Source: Pirellulales bacterium (GTDB taxonomy: Bacteria > Planctomycetota > Planctomycetia > Pirellulales > JAEUIK01). Taken from it: a stretch of 64,000 nucleotides of DNA. The translations under genes and the position numbers were made by a program. The stretch lies in NCBI GenBank assembly GCA_050184475.1, contig JBFXAH010000011.1, positions 75,208 to 139,207 of the forward strand, given 5' to 3'. Below, piece by piece: positions 1 to 6,458 of the stretch. The notes beneath the pieces were generated by a model. The model searched no databases and had not been told where the DNA came from. It was given only the letters and a program-made list of their open reading frames with translations. The stretch's first letter is position 1; every line of letters starts with the position of its first letter.

Positions 1-1
1 C

Positions 2-775
2 ATGCGTCGCACGGCCGATCGTCCGCTGGCCGCCGGCCGCATGACGGGCTGGGAGGTCGGCCTGTTCGCGGCGCTCACTGCCGTGGCCGGCTTCGCATAC
101 ATGGCGCTGACGCTCGGCGCCCGCCCCACCTTGGTCGCGCTGTTGACCTGGTTCTTGTACACGGCGGTCTACACGCCGCTGAAGCGCTACTCGGTGCTCA
201 ACACCGTGGTCGGCGCGGTCGCCGGGGCGTTGCCGGTCTTGATCGGTTGGACGGCCGTGGGCGGGCAATTCGATTTGCTCGCCGGCACGCTGTTCTTGAT
301 CGTCTACTTGTGGCAGTTTCCGCACTTCATGGCGATCGCCTGGCTCTATCGACACGAGTACGCCGCCGCCGATCTGCGGATGTTGCCGGTGGTCGATCCC
401 ACCGGTCGGCGGACCGGCGCGCAGGCGTTCCTGGCCGCCTGGGCCTTGATTCCCGTCAGCCTGGTGCCGGCGGTGAGCCTGGGCGTCACGCACTGGTACG
501 CCGTCAGCGCCGCGCTGCTGGGGCTCGTCTACACGGCCGCCGCGCTGGGGTTCTTTTACCGGGCCGACGACCGTTCGGCCCGCCGCTTGTTGCGGGCGTC
601 GCTGGTCTACTTGCCAGCCGTGCTGATTGCCCTGGCCCTGGCTCCTTTGACCAGCCGCGGTAGCTTCAGCCCGAGCACCGAACCAACGTCGGGCACCACG
701 GCCAGCTCGCCGAGCAGTGACTCGTCGAACGTAGCACTGTTGGACAAGCCAGCAGTCGCACCCGCCAAACCATAA
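2..775 (+). CDS. ctaB: protoheme IX farnesyltransferase (heme O synthase), 5' end cut by window edge
   Basis: ORF 2..775. Polytopic UbiA-family sequence with LYTAVYTPLKRYSVLNTVVGAVAGALPVLIGW and YLWQFPHFMAIAW, typical of CyoE/CtaB. It lies next to cox subunits and SCO1. The last ~12 codons read through the palindromic repeat at 734..763. Confidence 0.9.
   Translation: MRRTADRPLAAGRMTGWEVGLFAALTAVAGFAYMALTLGARPTLVALLTWFLYTAVYTPLKRYSVLNTVVGAVAGALPVLIGWTAVGGQFDLLAGTLFLIVYLWQFPHFMAIAWLYRHEYAAADLRMLPVVDPTGRRTGAQAFLAAWALIPVSLVPAVSLGVTHWYAVSAALLGLVYTAAALGFFYRADDRSARRLLRASLVYLPAVLIALALAPLTSRGSFSPSTEPTSGTTASSPSSDSSNVALLDKPAVAPAKP
734..763 (+). repeat. REP-like 30-bp palindromic element, copy A (slightly diverged)
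   Basis: gcactgttggacaagccagcagtcgcaccc. Matches the consensus gcactgctggacaagccagcagtggcaccc at 28/30 positions. Stem CACTG(C/T)TGG / CCAGCAGT(G/C), loop ACAAG. Confidence 0.85.
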
Positions 776-808
776 CTTCGCACCGCCAGACCCACGGTTA
801 AACCAACG

Positions 809-1855
809 ATGTCGCTCGCCGCCACCGCTCACGGGCATGCCCACGCCGACGATCACGACCATGGTCACGGTCACTTGAAGCTCGAGTATCAGCCGGCATT
901 GCCGCTACTCAACGGCAAGCTGATTCTGTGGCTGTTTCTGTCGACCGAAATCATGTTCTTCGCGGCCCTGATCGGCACGTACATCGTGCTGCGGTTCGGG
1001 GCGCTGGTCTGGCCCCGGCCGCACGAAGTGCATCTGGTCGAGTGGATCGGCGCGCTCAACACCTTCGTGCTGATCTGCTCCAGCGTGACGATCGTGATCG
1101 CGCTCGAGGCGGCCAAGTCCAACCGCGGCAGCGCCGCCAAGCTGTGGCTGTTTGTCACGCTCGTGCTGGGGAGCGTCTTCCTGGGGATCAAGATGTTCGA
1201 GTATCGGGCCAAGTTCTCGCACGGCATCTATCCGGCCTTGCCGCACAGTCAGATCTACGAGAAGCCCGACATGTACTTCGCGTCGGCGGTCCGCACGCGG
1301 CTGGCCGAGATCAAGGCGCCGCTGATCGTCAAGGGAGAAAAAACCACCGAGACCGAGAAAGAACAGATGTTGATCTGCGATCTGCTGGTGCGCAACCCGG
1401 CTGATGGTCCGCTCCCGGGCACGCCGGAGAAGCTAGAACCATTGCGGGGCGCGCTCCACGAAATCAACAATCCCGACGTCACCACGGCGCAATTGCAGCA
1501 AGTCGCCAACGAGATCATGCCCCATCCCCATGAGCACCCAATCGCGGTCCCCGAGGGCACCTTGCCGCCGGAAGAGCACATGGAACCCGCCGAGCACCCC
1601 AAGGGGCTCAACGACAAGTTCCCCTGGCTGCGGCTGCCGATCGTCATCCCCGGCGGCAACATGTGGGCCAGCACCTACTTCCTGCTCACCGGCTTCCATG
1701 CCATGCACGTGCTGGTCGGGCTGATCTTCTTTGTCTTCATCCTGTTCATGAGGATCGGTGCCGCCAACGCCGGCGTGATCGAAAACATCGGGCTGTACTG
1801 GCACTTTGTCGATCTGGTGTGGATCTTCCTCTTTCCGTTGCTCTATTTGTTCTAG
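809..1855 (+). CDS. ctaE: haem-copper (cytochrome c) oxidase subunit III with a large hydrophilic insertion
   Basis: ORF 809..1855. The C-terminal [25 protein letters not shown]...[20 protein letters not shown] matches the conserved last helices of subunit III. N-terminal His-rich tract [15 protein letters not shown]. Adjacent to ctaB and subunit IV. Confidence 0.85.
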   Translation: MSLAATAHGHAHADDHDHGHGHLKLEYQPALPLLNGKLILWLFLSTEIMFFAALIGTYIVLRFGALVWPRPHEVHLVEWIGALNTFVLICSSVTIVIALEAAKSNRGSAAKLWLFVTLVLGSVFLGIKMFEYRAKFSHGIYPALPHSQIYEKPDMYFASAVRTRLAEIKAPLIVKGEKTTETEKEQMLICDLLVRNPADGPLPGTPEKLEPLRGALHEINNPDVTTAQLQQVANEIMPHPHEHPIAVPEGTLPPEEHMEPAEHPKGLNDKFPWLRLPIVIPGGNMWASTYFLLTGFHAMHVLVGLIFFVFILFMRIGAANAGVIENIGLYWHFVDLVWIFLFPLLYLF

Positions 1856-1960
1856 TTTTTCTAGGCTTCGCGCGACCGGCGCAAATAGCCGATAATCACG
1901 CAAGCGATCGCCCAACCCGCTCGCTCGCACGCAAACGAACTACTTACGAGAACTTCGACG

Positions 1961-2440
1961 ATGGACCACAGCCACACTTTGCCGCCGCACGGTGCGCCGC
2001 ACGCGCCCAGTCAACACGACGCCCACGAGGATCATGGCGGCATCGGCAAGTACCTGGCGGTGTTCGGTGCGCTCTGCGTGCTCACGGCGGCCAGCTTCTG
2101 GACCTACGCCGATTGGCCCGTGCGGTGGCCTTTTCACGGTCAGCCGGCGGTGGGTTGGGCCTTTATGATGGCGGTCTCCTGCACCAAGGCGCTGTTGGTC
2201 GTCCTCTTCTTCATGCACGTGAAGTACGAAGCGAGCTGGAAATATGTGTTGACCGTGCCGCCGGTGTTCATGTCGATCTTCCTGGTGTTGGCGCTGGTGC
2301 CCGACATCGGGCTGCGCAACCTGCGGGCGTTTGGCGGCCGCGTCCCGTCGTCCGAACGACTGGCGAACATGGCGATGCCGACCGCACCCGAGGCCGATGC
2401 CGGCCACGACAATCACGCCGACGGTCACGCCGATCATTAG
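1961..2440 (+). CDS. cytochrome c oxidase subunit IV (small prokaryotic CoxD/CyoD-like subunit)
   Basis: ORF 1961..2440. Small membrane protein with GIGKYLAVFGALCVLTAASF and ALLVVLFFMHVKYE, resembling the bacterial subunit IV family. It directly follows subunit III. C-terminal His/Asp-rich tail EADAGHDNHADGHADH. Confidence 0.7.
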   Translation: MDHSHTLPPHGAPHAPSQHDAHEDHGGIGKYLAVFGALCVLTAASFWTYADWPVRWPFHGQPAVGWAFMMAVSCTKALLVVLFFMHVKYEASWKYVLTVPPVFMSIFLVLALVPDIGLRNLRAFGGRVPSSERLANMAMPTAPEADAGHDNHADGHADH

Positions 2441-2472
2441 TGCGATCGAGCAACTGAACGATAAGCCGGGTT

Positions 2473-2502
2473 GGGTGCCGCGGCTGGCTTGCCCGGCAGT
2501 GA
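2473..2502 (-). repeat. REP-like palindromic element, copy B (inverted orientation, degenerate)
   Basis: Plus strand reads gggtgccgcggctggcttgcccggcagtga. Its reverse complement, tcactgccgggcaagccagccgcggcaccc, matches the 30-bp consensus at 25/30. It lies in the coxIV-ABC intergenic spacer. Confidence 0.6.
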
Positions 2503-2595
2503 AAAGCGGAACGCGGCATTACCTAGGTCGGCATAGCGCGCCGAGCATCACTGTAGCGCGAACCCTCTAGGGCAGTCTTCCTGCGAGCGACTGCG

Positions 2596-3591
2596 ATGAC
2601 GGACCCCGCCGCGATCGAGATTCAAGGGGTCTCGCACCATTACGGTCCGCGTTTGGCGCTCGACGATCTGTCGCTGGCGGTCCACGCAGGCGAATGCTTC
2701 GCGCTGGTCGGCCCCAACGGTAGCGGCAAGTCGACGCTGTTTCGCCTGCTGTCGACGCTCGTGCCGCCGCAGCGCGGCACGATTCGCCTGTTGGGCCACG
2801 ACGTCGCCCGCGAAACCGCCGCCGTGCGGCTGGAGATCGGCGTCGTCTTTCAGGCGGCTAGTCTCGATCGGCAACTGAGCGTGCGCGAGAACCTCAACCA
2901 TCAAGGGCATCTCTACGGCCTGCGCGGCGCGGCGCTGCGGGGGCGGGTCGACGAAGAGCTTGCCCGCTTCGGCCTGGTGGACCGCGCCGGCCAGCGCGCG
3001 GCGACCCTCTCGGGGGGCTTGCGACGCCGCGCCGAGCTGGCCAAGGCGCTGTTGCACCGGCCGCGGCTGTTGTTGCTCGACGAGCCGTCGACCGGGCTCG
3101 ATCCGGCCGTGCGCGTCGAGCTGTGGGAACGGCTCGACGAGTTGGCCCGCCGCGACGGCGTGACGGTCGTCCTGACCACGCATCTTTTGGACGAGGCGTC
3201 GCGGGCCGATCGCGTGGCGATTCTCGACGCCGGCCGCCTGGTGGCGCTCGACGCGCCAGACGACTTGCGTCGCACGATCGGCGGCGACACGGTCACGATC
3301 GAGACCGACGACGCCACGGCCCTGGCGGCCGAGCTCGTCGCGCGGCTCGACATCCACGCCCGCGTGATCGACGACCGCGTGCGGTTCGAACTGCCCGACG
3401 CCCACCAGTCGATCGCCCGCCTGGCCGAAGCGCTGCCGGGCCGCATTCTCGCGATCACTGTCGCGAAGCCGACCTTGGAAGACGTGTTCATCGCCCGCAC
3501 GGGGCATCGCTACGAGACGGCTCAGATCGACGTCGAAAACTCCGGACGGAAACGTACTCCCGGGCCACGTCGCGCCGAGGAGGCTGCCTGA
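2596..3591 (+). CDS. ABC transporter ATP-binding protein (ABC-2/DrrA-CcmA-like exporter ATPase)
   Basis: Walker A GPNGSGKST, signature LSGGLRRR, Walker B LLLLDEPSTGLD, H-loop TTHLLDE. Confidence 0.9.
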   Translation: MTDPAAIEIQGVSHHYGPRLALDDLSLAVHAGECFALVGPNGSGKSTLFRLLSTLVPPQRGTIRLLGHDVARETAAVRLEIGVVFQAASLDRQLSVRENLNHQGHLYGLRGAALRGRVDEELARFGLVDRAGQRAATLSGGLRRRAELAKALLHRPRLLLLDEPSTGLDPAVRVELWERLDELARRDGVTVVLTTHLLDEASRADRVAILDAGRLVALDAPDDLRRTIGGDTVTIETDDATALAAELVARLDIHARVIDDRVRFELPDAHQSIARLAEALPGRILAITVAKPTLEDVFIARTGHRYETAQIDVENSGRKRTPGPRRAEEAA

Positions 3592-4433
3592 TGGCGACCG
3601 TCACCAGCCCACCGCGCGCAGCGCGACAATCGCAGGCTCGGCCAGCCCCCTGGTTGGCCGCCGGCACCCTCTGCTGGCGCGAGCTGGTGCGCTTTGCCAG
3701 GCAGCCCAATCGCGTGGCGGCGGCGATTGGCCAGCCCGCCTTGTTCTGGATTCTGTTTGGCGCGGGGTTCGGCCCCACGTTTGCCATGCCGGGAGCCGCG
3801 GGGCTCACCTATCGCGAGTTCTTCTTTCCCGGCACGCTGGTGCTGGTGGTGTTGTTCACCTCGATCTTCACGTCGATTTCCTTGATCGAGGATCGTCGCG
3901 AAGGGTTCTTGCAGGGGGTGCTGGTCGCACCGGTGCCGCGCTGGGCGCTGGTAGCGGGCAAAGTCGCCGGCGGAGCCCTGTTGGCCCTGTTGCAAGCGTT
4001 GTTGCTGCTGCCTGCCGGCTGGCTGTTCGGCCTGAAGTTCGACGTGGCGTCGCTGCTGTCGTTAACCGGCATGTTGCTGCTGTTGTCGATCGCGCTGACG
4101 GCGCTGGGTTTCGCGTTTGCCTGGCGGATCGACTCGAGCCAGGGCTTTCACGCCGTGATGAGCCTGCTGTTATTTCCGCTTTGGATGCTGTCGGGGGCGT
4201 TCTTTCCCGCGCCGTCGGGACCACTGGCCTGGATACAGTGGGCCAATCCCTTGAGTTACGGCGTGGCCGGAGTGCGCCGCATTTTGGCGGTCGATCTGCC
4301 TGATGGGACGGCGCTCCCCCCCGGCTTGCCGTCTGGCGCCGTTTGCTGGCTCGTCACGGCGGCGTTTGCCGCGATAATGATGCTGGTCGCGGCGCGCTTG
4401 GCGCGGCGTGCCACCCGGGGCGATTTGCTGTAG
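3591..4433 (+). CDS. ABC-2 type transporter permease
   Basis: The ATG at 3591 overlaps the ATPase stop (ATGA). 280-aa polytopic protein (MATVTSPP...WRELVRFARQPNRVAAAIGQPALFWILFG...), typical of ABC-2 permeases. I trimmed the longer track ORF (3123..4433) to this start. Confidence 0.8.
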   Translation: MATVTSPPRAARQSQARPAPWLAAGTLCWRELVRFARQPNRVAAAIGQPALFWILFGAGFGPTFAMPGAAGLTYREFFFPGTLVLVVLFTSIFTSISLIEDRREGFLQGVLVAPVPRWALVAGKVAGGALLALLQALLLLPAGWLFGLKFDVASLLSLTGMLLLLSIALTALGFAFAWRIDSSQGFHAVMSLLLFPLWMLSGAFFPAPSGPLAWIQWANPLSYGVAGVRRILAVDLPDGTALPPGLPSGAVCWLVTAAFAAIMMLVAARLARRATRGDLL

Positions 4434-4537
4434 AGGACTGGCCGAAGATGAGCGATTGCGTGGCTGGCAACAATTGCAATACCAACTATGAACCCGCGTC
4501 GAGCGCGACTGGCAATTCGTCCCGAAGTGCCCTGTCG

Positions 4538-5173
4538 ATGGCAGCACTGCTGGACAAGCCAGCAGTGGCACCCAGATTCGGTTTTGCCAGTGTTGCCAAG
4601 CGCCACTGGCTCGGGCTGGCGTTGCTGCTCGCCCCCCTATTGCTAACCGGCTGCAACGACGCCCCCAACACGCCGATCGTGCGCGTCGAATCGGCGACGG
4701 CCGAGCCGCACGCCGTCGGCGATTTCACCTTGGTCGAGCGCAGCGGCGAACCCTTCGAGGCCAGCAGCCTGAAGGGCAAAGTCTGGGTGGCGAGTTTCTT
4801 TTTCGCCAATTGCCCCGGCATCTGCCTGAAGCTCAATCAGTCGGTCGCCGAGTTGCAGAACCAGCTCGATCCCGAAGTACACTTCGTCAGCATCACGGTC
4901 GACCCCGATCACGACACGCCCGAGGCGCTGCGCGAATACGCCCAGCGCGTGGGGGCGACCGATCGCTGGCTGTTCCTGACCGGCTCGATGCGCGACATCA
5001 AGGACATCGCCAACGACAGCTTCCAGGTGGCGGCCGGCCCCGCCTCGCACAGCGAGCGGTTGATGGTCGTCGATCGCCAGGGGCGCGTCCGTGGCAGCTA
5101 TCTCGTGAGCGACAGCGCGCAAGTCACGCTGCTCAAGCGCAAAGTGGCCGAGCTGCTCAAGGAGCCCTCGTGA
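4538..5173 (+). CDS. SCO1/SenC family copper chaperone (thioredoxin fold), probable lipoprotein
   Basis: CxxxC motif in VASFFFANCPGICLKLN, followed by VHFVSITVDPDHDTPEALREYA. Lipobox LLLTGC. The start was chosen at the in-frame ATG at 4538 and is uncertain (see findings). Confidence 0.85.
   Translation: MAALLDKPAVAPRFGFASVAKRHWLGLALLLAPLLLTGCNDAPNTPIVRVESATAEPHAVGDFTLVERSGEPFEASSLKGKVWVASFFFANCPGICLKLNQSVAELQNQLDPEVHFVSITVDPDHDTPEALREYAQRVGATDRWLFLTGSMRDIKDIANDSFQVAAGPASHSERLMVVDRQGRVRGSYLVSDSAQVTLLKRKVAELLKEPS
4544..4573 (+). repeat. REP-like 30-bp palindromic element, copy C (consensus)
   Basis: gcactgctggacaagccagcagtggcaccc. Perfect 9-bp stem CACTGCTGG/CCAGCAGTG with loop ACAAG. Identical to copy D at 57789. 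Confidence 0.9.
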
Positions 5174-5697
5174 GCGAAAGTGTCATCGGGCCGCTGGCCA
5201 TGCTCTCGGTCGCCGACCTGCCGACGGTCAACGCGCTGTTGAATGCCACGGCGGCCGTGCTGCTGGTCGTCGGCTACTGGCTGATCCGCCAGCGCCGCGA
5301 GCAAGCGCACAAGTGGGTGATGCTCTCGGCGTTCGGCGTGTCGATCGTGTTTCTGGCTTGCTATCTCGTCTACCATTGGCACGTGAAGCACGTTCCCTTT
5401 ACCGGTCCCTCAGGCGTGCGGATCGTCTACCTGGCGATTCTCTTCTCGCACGTGGTGCTGGCCGCCTGCGTGCCGGTTCTGGCGATCGTCACGATCTGGC
5501 TGGGGCTGTCCGATCGCCGCGCGGCGCACCGCCGCTGGGCGCGCTGGACGCTGCCGATCTGGCTCTACGTATCGGTCACGGGGGTAATCGTTTACGTGAT
5601 GCTCTATCACCTCTGGCCCGCCTCGAACGAGACGGCTATGCTAGAGGGGTGTTCCTGGGCGGTCGCCTGCACCTGGCAGCCGCTCGCGGTGCTCTGA
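5170..5697 (+). CDS. DUF420 (CtaM-like) membrane protein associated with oxidase assembly
   Basis: The GTG at 5170 overlaps the SCO1 stop (GTGA). The 4-TM pattern LNATAAVLLVVGYWLIRQRREQAHKWVMLSAF...YLAILFSHVVLAA... is typical of DUF420. DUF420 is commonly found beside SCO1/cox genes. Confidence 0.75.
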   Translation: MSESVIGPLAMLSVADLPTVNALLNATAAVLLVVGYWLIRQRREQAHKWVMLSAFGVSIVFLACYLVYHWHVKHVPFTGPSGVRIVYLAILFSHVVLAACVPVLAIVTIWLGLSDRRAAHRRWARWTLPIWLYVSVTGVIVYVMLYHLWPASNETAMLEGCSWAVACTWQPLAVL

Positions 5698-5709
5698 CGA
5701 GTTGATTCC

Positions 5710-6114
5710 ATGCCGATCGCAACTGTCCGCTTGCGAGCCATCGCCCGCCGATTGATGCCGCGTCGCGGTCGCCTGGTGTTGTTGGCCATGCTGGTTGTCG
5801 CGCTGTCGGTCGCCGCCACGGCCGAGGCTTGCCCCGCCTGCAAACAGGCCCTCTCCTCGACCGAGAACGCCTCGGCAGCCGACCCGATCCGCGGCTTCAT
5901 GTGGAGCATCGTGTTCATGATGTCGATGCCGTTCCTGCTGCTGAGCGGGTTCGGCACCTATCTCTGGTACATCGTGCGCCGCGCCAAGCTGGCCGCCGAG
6001 CGCGGCGAGACCATCGCGGCGCGGGGCCCCACTCGTTTCGGCACCGGCGGCGAAGCGTCCGAGCAATCGGTCGCCGTCGACGAGCACGAGAGCGAAACGG
6101 TCGAGGTCGGCTGA
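5710..6114 (+). CDS. hypothetical secreted/membrane protein with CPAC motif
   Basis: ORF 5710..6114. Signal-anchor LVLLAMLVVALSVAATAEA followed by CPACK, then one more TM segment (FMWSIVFMMSMPFLLLSGFGTYLWYIV). Same strand as, and 12 nt after, DUF420. No family recognised. Confidence 0.5.
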   Translation: MPIATVRLRAIARRLMPRRGRLVLLAMLVVALSVAATAEACPACKQALSSTENASAADPIRGFMWSIVFMMSMPFLLLSGFGTYLWYIVRRAKLAAERGETIAARGPTRFGTGGEASEQSVAVDEHESETVEVG

Positions 6115-6144
6115 AGCCCGCCCCCTCCCAGCAGGCTCTGAGCG

Positions 6145-6315
6145 ATGCGTCTTTTCGGCCGCCTGTTGCAGATCTTCGGGCTGGTCGTGTTGCCGGTCTC
6201 GATGGTGCTGCAATTGCAGAACACGATCGGCGCCGCGCCGATGCTGATGATGATGGTCTTCGGCGCCACGGCGTTCTACATGGGTCGCCTGCTCGAGGGC
6301 TACGGCCGGCCCTGA
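6145..6315 (+). CDS. hypothetical 56-aa two-TM micro-protein (below the ORF-track size cutoff)
   Basis: My own translation: MRLFGRLLQIFGLVVLPVSMVLQLQNTIGAAPMLMMMVFGATAFYMGRLLEGYGRP*. Two hydrophobic helices. Starts 30 nt after the previous gene on the same strand. Confidence 0.35.
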   Translation: MRLFGRLLQIFGLVVLPVSMVLQLQNTIGAAPMLMMMVFGATAFYMGRLLEGYGRP

Positions 6316-6458
6316 ATGGGCAGCCCGCGGAAACTCGATTCGAGCCAGCGGCGCCCAGGGCACGGCGATCGTGCCTGGTCGTGTCGCGGAATCTATCGCG
6401 CTCGTGCCCGGGGCTTGGGTACGTAAAACCGGTGCGACTGCATCGCGGCGTGCGCACG

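Noticed and set aside
4566-4590. The TGGCAC inside the REP-like element considered as a sigma54 -24 box.
   Set aside because: The downstream -12 TTGC is absent at the right spacing in all copies (TTCG, TCAG and AAAC instead). TGGCAC is simply part of the conserved repeat.
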